Shown piece by piece: positions 1-7,176 of a stretch of DNA of 31,661 nt (the stretch's first letter is position 1; the number at the start of each line of letters is the position of its first letter). The notes below the pieces were generated by a model. That model saw only the letters and a program-made list of their open reading frames with translations. It ran no database searches and was not told the DNA's origin. This stretch comes from a virus (taxonomy: Duplodnaviria > Caudoviricetes). The DNA lies in the IMG/VR virus record IMGVR_UViG_3300020042_005941, positions 1-31,661 of that record, one strand, 5' to 3'. The translations under genes were made by a program, and so were the position numbers.

Positions 1-28
1 CTAGACGCCACGACACCCCCAAAGGACA
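1..28. repeat. Inverted copy of 203-230 (28 bp, perfect)
   Basis: ctagacgccacgacacccccaaaggaca is the exact reverse complement of tgtcctttgggggtgtcgtggcgtctag at 203-230. Confidence 0.95.
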
Positions 29-189
29 GTCGCGTTGTCTCTGATCTTCTTTGCTTCTTTCGGGTAGGTGCCGCGATAGTGCGGCCGGCTTCGGTTCCGG
101 TTGGCGTCGCGTTTGGCTTGGCAGGGTTCGCAGCGTGAGCCGTGCTTGGTTGGTGTGCCGCAATTCAGGCAAGGTTTAGGGATACGCAT
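1..189 (-). CDS. Phage packaging-type HNH endonuclease, N-terminal part (truncated by contig-end artefact)
   Basis: PCLNCG...SRCEPC Zn knuckle, a basic stretch and YRGTY..KKIRD resemble N-termini of terminase-associated HNH proteins. The last ~9 codons and the stop fall in the inverted duplication at 1-28, so the HNH core is missing. Confidence 0.65.
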   Translation of the reverse strand: MRIPKPCLNCGTPTKHGSRCEPCQAKRDANRNRSRPHYRGTYPKEAKKIRDNATVLWGCRGV

Positions 190-707
190 ATCAGATCAGC
201 GTTGTCCTTTGGGGGTGTCGTGGCGTCTAGTTCTATAGCTCCGTGTCGTGCTGCTAGCCGGCTGTGCTTCGTTACGCTTGCGGATAGCCAGCCTTCGTTC
301 TGTAGCTTTAGCCCGTACCGTTCCGCGCGTGCCTTCCTTCGTTCGGCCGTTACCGTCGGGGTAGTTGTTAGGTGATACAGGTGCAGGGTTCCTATAGCTT
401 TGGCGGCTTCCATGAAGCGATCTACGGCCAGCCTGTCTCCTTCGCCTACGATATAGCTAACCCCTAGCGCTTTCATCTCTTGTAGCCATGCCGGTAGGTA
501 GTTGATAGCGGTATAGCTAAGGGTGTCTGTGCCGCTGAACGGGGGTTTGTTCTTGCCTAAGACTATGGCGCGGCCTTTGTCGGTTAGGAAGTGCCGGTGG
601 TAGATCGGTTTGGGTATCTCTGAACGGGGTTCCCACCGCGAAGTTAGCTCATCTATCAGCGTTGTCTTACCGGTGCCCGCCGTGCCGATTACATAGACGA
701 TATCCAT
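165..707 (-). CDS. P-loop nucleotide/DNA kinase of the type linked to base-hypermodification operons
   Basis: N-terminal Walker A (VYVIGTAGTGKTT), GTDTLS motif, hhhGEGDRL Walker-B-like strand and lid-like ERRKAR; 180 aa NMP-kinase size; adjacent to the transferase gene. Confidence 0.75.
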   Translation of the reverse strand: MDIVYVIGTAGTGKTTLIDELTSRWEPRSEIPKPIYHRHFLTDKGRAIVLGKNKPPFSGTDTLSYTAINYLPAWLQEMKALGVSYIVGEGDRLAVDRFMEAAKAIGTLHLYHLTTTPTVTAERRKARAERYGLKLQNEGWLSASVTKHSRLAARHGAIELDATTPPKDNADLICVSLNLA

Positions 708-723
708 AGCGGGTTCCTTCTTC

Positions 724-1620
724 TTACCTTGTAACGATTTGGCCGGTCATAGCGTAGTGCCGCTTTCTTTCTAGCTCCGGTTGTATCCTTCCGGTTAGTT
801 CGCCTAAGTATTCCGGCGGGAATATGCGCGCGCGTGCAGCTATCGCCTTGTCTGTTAGTCCTGACGGTACGGCGTGCAGATCGGACAACATCGTGTCTAT
901 TTCGTAGCCAACATAGGTTCGTTTATATACCAGCGAGTGGTAGCCGCATAAGCTTGTCTCAACGGTTTCAATCGTTCCTTCTATGCCCTGCGCGTTGATT
1001 AGGTTCACTAGGTCGGTGCTTATCTTGTCTAGCCGCTTCACTTCGCGTTCGCTGTTTCCTTCCGGAATATCCGGATACAACAACTTCAATCCTTCTCTTG
1101 GGCCAGTACTGTAGCTGTGCCCCATATCGGTTGGCTTTAGCGGATAGCCGTTGATCTTCATAAGCATTTCGCCGGTGTTATAGCAAGCCCAACGGCCGTT
1201 TCCCCATAGCTGCCCTAACAGGGTTTGGGTTCGTTCCCACGATTTTTCAGGCGTGCTAGCGACAATCTGCTGTACCCAACCGGTTAGCCCGTTCGGTTTA
1301 GCCACTTCAATAATTGCTTCAATATGCTTTTGGAGCTTGCGCGGCGATCGGTGCCCGCGTCGTTCCGTGCTGCACGGCAAAGTCAAAAAGCTGTCGGCCG
1401 GTAGTTCCGGCATTGGGTACGCTTCCCAAGTTTTTAGCGCGCTGCCAATGTGGTAGTAAGCGGCATACAGGAAGGTCAGCCATAGCCGGCTTTCCGGTGC
1501 TGCTCCTTCGCCCACTTCTTTCACTACCAAATATGACGGGTTCAGTTCTTTGATCTTCGTAATATGCGCGTGGTAGGTAACGAAGTCAGCTAGCCGTTGT
1601 TCTAGCGTTAGGTCAATCAT
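724..1620 (-). CDS. Amino acid:DNA transferase-like protein (alpha-glutamyl/putrescinyl thymine pyrophosphorylase clade 2, HhH-glycosylase-like fold)
   Basis: RLWLTFLYAAYY, LPCSTERRGHR, HhH-like LWGNGRWACY, GPREGL and ETVETSLCGYHS match motifs I recall for this family; sits between the dioxygenase and kinase genes. Confidence 0.7.
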   Translation of the reverse strand: MIDLTLEQRLADFVTYHAHITKIKELNPSYLVVKEVGEGAAPESRLWLTFLYAAYYHIGSALKTWEAYPMPELPADSFLTLPCSTERRGHRSPRKLQKHIEAIIEVAKPNGLTGWVQQIVASTPEKSWERTQTLLGQLWGNGRWACYNTGEMLMKINGYPLKPTDMGHSYSTGPREGLKLLYPDIPEGNSEREVKRLDKISTDLVNLINAQGIEGTIETVETSLCGYHSLVYKRTYVGYEIDTMLSDLHAVPSGLTDKAIAARARIFPPEYLGELTGRIQPELERKRHYAMTGQIVTR

Positions 1621-2470
1621 CGGTTTCGGTGGTTGCCGTTCTAGGCCGAAGCGCCGCGACAGTTGCCGCGATAGCTGCGCGGTGGGGTTCGTCTTCTTTC
1701 GCTACCGCGTGAGTAATGGATTGTTTTACATACCAAACAAGGGTAAATCTGTAGGCGTTCTTTTCGGTGATAGTTACAGGGGTAACTCCGTGCCAAGTAG
1801 CTGCACCGTTGAAGAAGATCAGCGAATAGTTAGGAACGGCAAGGGTCACGCCAAATTCCGGTATGTCTAAAGAACCGCCGGCCGCTTTATCCCTGACGCA
1901 TAACATCATTGACCAAGTATCGCCCAAGTTCCCGCCGTCTTTATGATACGGCAGCGTGTTGGTGTGGTTGATAATGCCGGAGCTGAACGGCGTTCCGGCG
2001 ATAAGCCAATCAGCGTGGATTTTGCTTCTCACTACTTCTTCGTGTTTGCGCGCTTCTTCGGGTGCCGTGCTTTTGATTTCGTTCCAAAGCGCCGGCGACA
2101 TATCTTCAATCATTTGCGCCAGTTCGGGGTTCTTGTAGTAAAGATTTGGGCGTTGTATCGCGTAGCGCTTCTTTAGGTGATCGGGTGGAAGCCAACCGAA
2201 CCATTGCTCAACAGCCATAATTCCGGAAGCGCGCGGCCTTTGGGCGGCGTGAGGGTGTAAGAAGTGTCCTTTGTGCCGTAGGTGCAGGGCAAACAGTTTG
2301 GCGTCGGTGATATTCGGTAGGTCAATCGTCTTTTGCATGAGTGCAATTTGACCGGTGGCTTCGTCGCGTACAATAAGGTCATCGGCGGTTCCTTCAATTA
2401 CCGGTGCGAAGCGCTTTAGCTTTTCTTTAGGCGGTTCCCAATTCGTTCGCGGCCTAGTCAAGATCAGCAT
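1613..2470 (-). CDS. TET/JBP-family 2-oxoglutarate/Fe(II) dioxygenase (5-methylpyrimidine oxidase)
   Basis: TPFSSGIIN..LPYHKDGGN (HxD), GGSLDIPE, FFNGAATWHGVTP (distal His), YRFTLVWY (2OG-binding Arg, RxxhVxY as in phage TET/JBP). Confidence 0.85.
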   Translation of the reverse strand: MLILTRPRTNWEPPKEKLKRFAPVIEGTADDLIVRDEATGQIALMQKTIDLPNITDAKLFALHLRHKGHFLHPHAAQRPRASGIMAVEQWFGWLPPDHLKKRYAIQRPNLYYKNPELAQMIEDMSPALWNEIKSTAPEEARKHEEVVRSKIHADWLIAGTPFSSGIINHTNTLPYHKDGGNLGDTWSMMLCVRDKAAGGSLDIPEFGVTLAVPNYSLIFFNGAATWHGVTPVTITEKNAYRFTLVWYVKQSITHAVAKEDEPHRAAIAATVAALRPRTATTETDD

Positions 2471-3077
2471 GGGCGCTGTCCACTAATTGCTTGATGACTT
2501 CGGTAAAGGTTTCCACGCCCATAACATTTGATAGGTCGCTTAGCTTCTTTACAATTTCGTTGTAGGTTTGGATTTTATACGGGAGCACTATTGAACGCTG
2601 ATCGCTATTCGCGGCCTTATCGTTCATGTTGTCTGTACCTTCGCCGATCCAAGTATTGTTGAGCGTGCCGTTTAGCTGGAAAAGTAGGTCGTCAAGATCG
2701 TCGCCGGAATACATAGTGGCTTTTAGGCCGTCTTCCGTGCTGGCTAGTTCCTGTAGAAGCTCCGCTAGCGCTTTGTCGTCGTAGCTTGCCGCGTCAGCTG
2801 CCTTGTTATCGGTTAGCAATATCCGCAAAGCCGCTTCATCGTCGCAATCCACGAAAGTTGCCGCGATTTTTTTCCAGCCAAGCGCTTTCGCTGCCTTGAA
2901 AGTGTGGTTGCCGGCCAAAATAAATCCGGTTGATTTCTGTACGACAATCGGTCTGTATTGCCCGTGTGCTTCTAACGATTGGCTAATCAAACCTACATCG
3001 CCTTGACGAACATTTTTTGGGTGAAGCTGTAGCTTCTTGATATCTACAGCCAGTTCCCCTAGTTCTTCCCTAATCAT
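2454..3077 (-). CDS. ParB/Sulfiredoxin-like N-terminal domain protein (no methyltransferase domain fused)
   Basis: LHPKNVRQGD..ISQSLEAHGQYRPIVV..ILAGNHTFKAAKALGW..LTDNK is the phage ParB-N signature. Start taken at MIREELG (ATG 3077, preceded by GGAAGGA). Confidence 0.85.
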   Translation of the reverse strand: MIREELGELAVDIKKLQLHPKNVRQGDVGLISQSLEAHGQYRPIVVQKSTGFILAGNHTFKAAKALGWKKIAATFVDCDDEAALRILLTDNKAADAASYDDKALAELLQELASTEDGLKATMYSGDDLDDLLFQLNGTLNNTWIGEGTDNMNDKAANSDQRSIVLPYKIQTYNEIVKKLSDLSNVMGVETFTEVIKQLVDSAHADLD

Positions 3078-3240
3078 TTGTGTCCTTCCGTGCGTACTCC
3101 GCATGGCTCATTGTAATCAGTCTTCCGGTCGGTTGTATAGCAATCCAAGTTGGCGCGTCGGGGTCACATAAACAGCCAATAACCCGTTTGGGGTCTTGTC
3201 TTATTGTTGCCCCGCATTTCCGGCACTCCAATTCAATCAT
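3070..3240 (-). CDS. Small Cys-rich (Zn-ribbon-like) hypothetical protein, 56 aa (not in ORF track)
   Basis: Hand translation MIELECRKCGATIRQDPKRVIGCLCDPDAPTWIAIQ...; ATGA overlap with the upstream ORF; its stop overlaps the ParB start. Confidence 0.65.
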   Translation of the reverse strand: MIELECRKCGATIRQDPKRVIGCLCDPDAPTWIAIQPTGRLITMSHAEYARKDTND

Positions 3241-3410
3241 TTAGGTTCTAGCGGCGGTTGGCGCCAGCGTTCCTGCTCTGATACATGAAGATCGGAGCGC
3301 AGCGCTTCAATGACGGCTTGTAGGTGAGCGATCTGAAATTCCAATTCTTCCAGCTTCAATCGGCGTATTCCTTCGCCGCGTAGTTGGTTGTAGTCGGTGA
3401 TATCGCTCAT
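3237..3410 (-). CDS. Small coiled-coil hypothetical protein, 57 aa (not in ORF track)
   Basis: MSDITDYNQLRGEGIRRLKLEELEFQIAHLQAVIEALRSDL...; ATGA overlaps at both ends. Confidence 0.65.
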   Translation of the reverse strand: MSDITDYNQLRGEGIRRLKLEELEFQIAHLQAVIEALRSDLHVSEQERWRQPPLEPK

Positions 3411-3619
3411 AGTTCGGCGCCTTGTGATAGTGCTATCCGGAGCCGGTCAATCATGGCTTTTACGGCCTTCAATTCGTCGGCTAGCTGCGCGCTGTAGTGC
3501 ATAAGAAGATCAACGGAGCTTCGCGCCGCGTCGCGTTCTTCTTTCAATCGTTCGTTGGCTACGGTCAGCTCATCAACGCGCTGGTGCCATAGTTCTAGCT
3601 CAATGTTTTCGTTGTTCAT
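3407..3619 (-). CDS. Coiled-coil hypothetical protein
   Basis: Heptad-rich 70 aa ORF, translationally coupled to both neighbours. Confidence 0.7.
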   Translation of the reverse strand: MNNENIELELWHQRVDELTVANERLKEERDAARSSVDLLMHYSAQLADELKAVKAMIDRLRIALSQGAEL

Positions 3620-3750
3620 GCTTTCTTTTCCCTTCGTTTGATTTCGTTTTGTAGTGCCTCAATCGTCTTGAATAGGCGTTCTTGATCTCCCTGTCCTACG
3701 AATACCCGTTGAAGAAGATCAAGGGCATTACGCAGATCACCTAGCGTCAT
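3616..3750 (-). CDS. Small hypothetical protein (start MTLGDLRNAL)
   Basis: GGAAGGA RBS before ATG 3750; the longer 5' extension in the ORF track runs through a structured intergenic element. Confidence 0.6.
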   Translation of the reverse strand: MTLGDLRNALDLLQRVFVGQGDQERLFKTIEALQNEIKRREKKA

Positions 3751-3773
3751 AGGTTTCCTTCCTAGTAATAAGC

Positions 3774-3835
3774 GTGGGCGCGCGCTACGGCGCGTTGTAG
3801 GTAGGGGAAACCCCAAGCCGTTTCCGGCCGCCCAC
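3774..3835 (-). ncRNA. Candidate structured RNA: four-way junction/cloverleaf
   Basis: Minus strand: GTGGGCG [GCCG-GAAA-CGGC] TT [GGGG-TTT-CCCC] TACCTACAA [CGCGC-CGTA-GCGCG] CGCCCAC; 20 Watson-Crick pairs; lies between a stop at 3858 and an RBS near 3760. Confidence 0.5.
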
Positions 3836-3857
3836 ACGATCTGATAACTCATGCTAG

Positions 3858-4034
3858 CTAGTCTTCCCAAAAGTAGCCGGACATTACTGTAACAAATACC
3901 CCGAAAACAAAAGAAAATCCGTCCAATACTTTATCCGGCGGCGTGTCGCTAAACACTCCGGCGAACCGAACTAGAAGGACACTAGAAACGATCGCCGTGA
4001 ATAGTCGCCAACGGCGGCGTGCTTCGCGGCTCAT
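3858..4034 (-). CDS. Small membrane protein with two hydrophobic segments
   Basis: MSREARRRWRLFTAIVSSVLLV...FSFVFGVFVTVMSGYFW; ATGA overlap with the upstream gene. Confidence 0.65.
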   Translation of the reverse strand: MSREARRRWRLFTAIVSSVLLVRFAGVFSDTPPDKVLDGFSFVFGVFVTVMSGYFWED

Positions 4035-4300
4035 ATATGCTGCCAAACTTCTACGGCAGAACAACCCATGATTGCTTCCGGCGGGTAAGCGCCGTCATAG
4101 TGCCCTAAATCTATCCAACAGCCGTCTTCCTTCCGTTCAATGTAGATCGTGTGCTTGTACGGTTCCCCGTCTTCCGTGCTTGTTCTAGCTTCCCAAATGC
4201 GAAGATCGCCGCCGTCAATCTTTAGATCACAGGTGTGCGCTTGGCAAAGTACCGGCATTTCATCAAGGTCGCGCCAATGCGGTAAAAGTTTTTTGTTCAT
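4031..4300 (-). CDS. Hypothetical protein
   Basis: 89 aa ORF with AAGGAAG RBS and ATGA overlaps. Confidence 0.65.
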   Translation of the reverse strand: MNKKLLPHWRDLDEMPVLCQAHTCDLKIDGGDLRIWEARTSTEDGEPYKHTIYIERKEDGCWIDLGHYDGAYPPEAIMGCSAVEVWQHI

Positions 4301-4521
4301 GCTTCTTCCTTTACCTTCACTTCAACGCGCTGCACATGGCGGCCTAGTTCGTGCCCGTCGGTCACATCTACGCAATCCCAAGCCAATGAGGACAATAATT
4401 CTTCGTTAGCTCCGGCTCCGTAATAGTTCGGCAAAGCGACATGAATAGTCACTATGAATTGCCGTGTATCGTTTAGCGCTTCTTCTGCCGGCGTCAAGCC
4501 GGTTCCCTTTTCGTTAGTCAC
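4297..4521 (-). CDS. Hypothetical protein (likely GTG start at 4521)
   Basis: Part of ORF 4297..4608; the GTG start gives only a short overlap with the upstream gene. Confidence 0.55.
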   Translation of the reverse strand: MTNEKGTGLTPAEEALNDTRQFIVTIHVALPNYYGAGANEELLSSLAWDCVDVTDGHELGRHVQRVEVKVKEEA

Positions 4522-4735
4522 TTTCAACCCATGCTTTCCCAACGGTGTTGCCGTTGCTGTCTTTGATTTGTTTGTTGTATTGCGCCCCAACGCTAGAAAC
4601 CGTCTCAAAAAACGGCCTATCCAACAGCATTTCCTGTCTGTTACAGTCTTTGGCTAATCCGTGCAGGATATTGCCAATTTCAAGCGTGTATTGAAAAGCG
4701 TCGTTGTCTAGCTCTATTTCAATCATTAGTTTCAT
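4514..4735 (-). CDS. Hypothetical phage protein
   Basis: MKLMIEIELDNDAF...IKDSNGNTVG with GGGGAG RBS; this pattern is one I recognise in small early phage proteins. Confidence 0.7.
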   Translation of the reverse strand: MKLMIEIELDNDAFQYTLEIGNILHGLAKDCNRQEMLLDRPFFETVSSVGAQYNKQIKDSNGNTVGKAWVESD

Positions 4736-4745
4736 TGCTGCTCCC

Positions 4746-4922
4746 CTAAATCCCAACAACTTTGTGCACTACTTGGCCGTTCACTAACAAGCGCTTTGTG
4801 TACGGTGCCGCGATATTTACGGCGTTGTAATAAAAGTAGGCCTGTGCTTCGTTTAGAAATGTCCAGCGGGTTTCGTACTTGCGGCCTTCTTTTCGGGTCT
4901 GAACTTGATATATGCCGGTCAT
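4746..4922 (-). CDS. Small hypothetical protein, 58 aa (not in ORF track)
   Basis: MTGIYQVQTRKEGRKYETRWTFLNEAQAYFYY...; ATGA overlap with the upstream ORF; fills the gap. Confidence 0.65.
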   Translation of the reverse strand: MTGIYQVQTRKEGRKYETRWTFLNEAQAYFYYNAVNIAAPYTKRLLVNGQVVHKVVGI

Positions 4923-5197
4923 TTTGCTGCCAACTTTTGGTTGATTGCTAGATCGCGATTGTATGCCCTAAGCGGTGATTTGATGATCTCATAAACCGCG
5001 CAAGCCTCATCGTGGTAGTTCTCAAATTCAAGAATATCTAGCGCGTTCTTCAACACTTCTAGTTCTTCCGGCGTGCCCGCGTAGCTAACTCCGGCGCCGT
5101 CAAAAGTAAGCGCGAAGACGGCCGAAGCCTCAACGACATACTTTTGTTCAGCTAAAAGATCGCTAGCGCTTGCTAGTAGTTCTAATGACTTTTCCAT
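4919..5197 (-). CDS. Hypothetical early protein
   Basis: First ORF after the promoter at 5243-5271; GGGGAA RBS. Confidence 0.7.
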   Translation of the reverse strand: MEKSLELLASASDLLAEQKYVVEASAVFALTFDGAGVSYAGTPEELEVLKNALDILEFENYHDEACAVYEIIKSPLRAYNRDLAINQKLAAK

Positions 5198-5214
5198 TGC
5201 TTTTCCCCGTTTCT

Positions 5215-5274
5215 TCGGGTGCCCGTTGCTCCCGATAACTAAACTATAGCCGAAGCGAACGGCTTTAGCAAGTA
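5215..5274 (-). promoter_or_regulatory. Sigma70/HrdB-type early promoter plus conserved leader hairpin (copy 2)
   Basis: TTGCTA-17 nt-TATAGT (5271-5243), then ttagttatcgggagcaacgggcacccga; closely similar to 10632-10693. Confidence 0.75.
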
Positions 5275-5300
5275 TTTAGCCGATCTTTTTTCCGATTTTT

Positions 5301-5840
5301 TTAGTCTTTGCAATCCATGTATGACCATGCGCTAAATCCGCAGCGGCCGGCGTTCCGGCTGTAGTCAAAAATCGCTAACGCGGCTTTCAAGTTACCGGCG
5401 GGGTCAAACAGGTCGCGCGGCTTCGTAGCGGCTCCGACAGTCTGCAAATAGCCGGCCGGATAGCTTGCCGTCGGCATAACCCAAAAAGCGTTGATCTGAG
5501 TGAGGCCTAAAGAACCTTTGACGCCGTTCACGCGGTTCGGGTCAAGCTTGTTATGTGCTGCGGGGTTACAACGGCTTTCACGATACATAATCCGGTCAAG
5601 GCCGGCCATAGCTTCTTCCGGCCAACCGATTTTGCGGGCTAAAGGCCACCAAGCCGGACATTTTGCTGTAACCGGAATAGGTAACGGCGCGACGGTCGTT
5701 GTAGAAGACACGATGAGATACGGCTCCACGCTGATAGTCGGTACAGGTGCCGGCGCTTGCGCTTGTGCAAAGCCGAAGCCGACACAAATCACGCTTGCTA
5801 CCCCCACCGCTATACGGTAAATCCAAGTCATTTTTTCCAT
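5301..5840 (-). CDS. Secreted lytic transglycosylase (SLT/lysozyme-like)
   Basis: N-terminal signal/TM helix, P/T-rich linker, IMYRESRCNPAAHN (catalytic Glu), GSLGLTQIN, LFDPAGNLKAA, GFSAW. Confidence 0.8.
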   Translation of the reverse strand: MEKMTWIYRIAVGVASVICVGFGFAQAQAPAPVPTISVEPYLIVSSTTTVAPLPIPVTAKCPAWWPLARKIGWPEEAMAGLDRIMYRESRCNPAAHNKLDPNRVNGVKGSLGLTQINAFWVMPTASYPAGYLQTVGAATKPRDLFDPAGNLKAALAIFDYSRNAGRCGFSAWSYMDCKD

Positions 5841-6592
5841 TTGAACATCTCCAATGCTGCTGCTAGTTCTTCGGGTCGGTTCTCAAACGCGCTCATCACA
5901 TCGTCTTCGGTGCCGCCGCTAATCCGGAAAGCTGCTCCGGCAGATTGGGCGGCCGCGATATGCGGCGGAACTGTTTTTGTAGGTGAAGTCACCTTAGCAC
6001 TCTCCAGCTGATCTGCCCACCGTTCTTGCCTCAACCATGTCGTTGGGTGGGCTAGGTATTTCGGGTCAGCTACGGTGCCCGCGTAGGCTTCTGCTGCCAA
6101 TATAAGAACCTGTAGCGCCGGAGCGTCAGGCCGTTTCATGATCTTTTGGAAAACCCGCTTGGCTTCTAGCTTGGCTACTTTCTTCGGGTAGGCACTCCAA
6201 AAGGCCTCAAAATCAACATCGCCGTTTAGCGGTTCTTTACGGTTAGATAATATAGACGGAATAGCGCCGGCGTTACCCCTTTCCGGTGCTGCGCTTTCCC
6301 CTTCGTCTAAAGGGGTCTTTGTAGTTACCCCTTTATTGAGTAGCCGGTATTGTGACCGGTTTCCCCTGCCGTTACCGTAGGAAACAATTTCCAGCCAGCC
6401 TTCTTCTTTTAGCTGCTTGATCGCTGTCCTTGTCCATACTTCGCTACACCTAGCCTTACGCGCCAAAGTAGCGCGCGACGGCCAACACTCACCTTCGTCG
6501 TTAGCGAAATCGGCCAACGCTAGGTGCAACAATAAACGCTCCCCGCCGTAGGGTGATCTTTCCCATACGCGGGTTATCCATTTGATACTCAA
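5828..6592 (-). CDS. Phage replication initiator (N-terminal winged HTH)
   Basis: LLLHLALADFANDEGECWPSRATLARKARCS HTH plus C-terminal FEAFWSAYPKKVAK...YLAHPTTWLRQERW, typical of phage Rep/O-like proteins. Confidence 0.8.
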   Translation of the reverse strand: MSIKWITRVWERSPYGGERLLLHLALADFANDEGECWPSRATLARKARCSEVWTRTAIKQLKEEGWLEIVSYGNGRGNRSQYRLLNKGVTTKTPLDEGESAAPERGNAGAIPSILSNRKEPLNGDVDFEAFWSAYPKKVAKLEAKRVFQKIMKRPDAPALQVLILAAEAYAGTVADPKYLAHPTTWLRQERWADQLESAKVTSPTKTVPPHIAAAQSAGAAFRISGGTEDDVMSAFENRPEELAAALEMFKWKK

Positions 6593-7176
6593 ATAAGCTC
6601 CCCTAAGTCAATCATTGGCCGAAGCTCCCCAATAGCTATGTTGATGGCGTCATATCCTAGCGTGGCGCCGTTCCTTTCATCTACCGTTCCGGAAGGATAC
6701 CGCCGGCCTTGTTCTTCAATAACCGAAGACCAGCACCAACCAACAAGGTATGCCGCCCAAATACTGTCTTTGTCTGCCGGTATCTCCGGCGCGAAAACCG
6801 ACACAAAAAAGAATAAATCAGGGTGTTGCCGCCAACCGTCATAGCTATTTACCGAACAGTCATAGTCAGCCTGCGGCTTTACCGTTCGCCGTTTCGTCTT
6901 GATCTCCGCCGTAAATCCGGCCACCGTCAGATCGTGCTCCGGCGTATAGTTCGGCTCAAACGGGATACGGTTCCAGTCAAGCCACCACTCAATAGCTTGC
7001 TCCCCGATAGCTCCAATGATAGGTGCATGATTTTTGACTTGTTTCGGGTTCACGGTTCGCGCATAACCGGCGTCAGTAGCCAATCTTTCCTGTGCTTTAT
7101 CCCAAAGCTTCGGGGAACTTTTAGCTATAGGCCACAAATCGGTTTTATCGTTCGCCATAATGTTCTGCGAAATCAT
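6589..7176 (-). CDS. PD-(D/E)XK-like nuclease fold protein
   Basis: GAIGEQAI...HDLTVAGFTAEIKTK motif spacing. Confidence 0.55.
   Translation of the reverse strand: MISQNIMANDKTDLWPIAKSSPKLWDKAQERLATDAGYARTVNPKQVKNHAPIIGAIGEQAIEWWLDWNRIPFEPNYTPEHDLTVAGFTAEIKTKRRTVKPQADYDCSVNSYDGWRQHPDLFFFVSVFAPEIPADKDSIWAAYLVGWCWSSVIEEQGRRYPSGTVDERNGATLGYDAINIAIGELRPMIDLGELI

Noticed and set aside
2454-3077. ParB as a plasmid-prophage partition system
   Set aside because: No ParA is evident; the 165-707 P-loop lacks the deviant KGGxGK Walker A; the context is DNA modification and packaging.
3774-3835. Cloverleaf as a tRNA gene or hammerhead ribozyme
   Set aside because: Loops are 3-4 nt with no 7-nt anticodon loop, TTCRA or CCA. 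The nearby CTGATAA does not match the CUGANGA hammerhead core.
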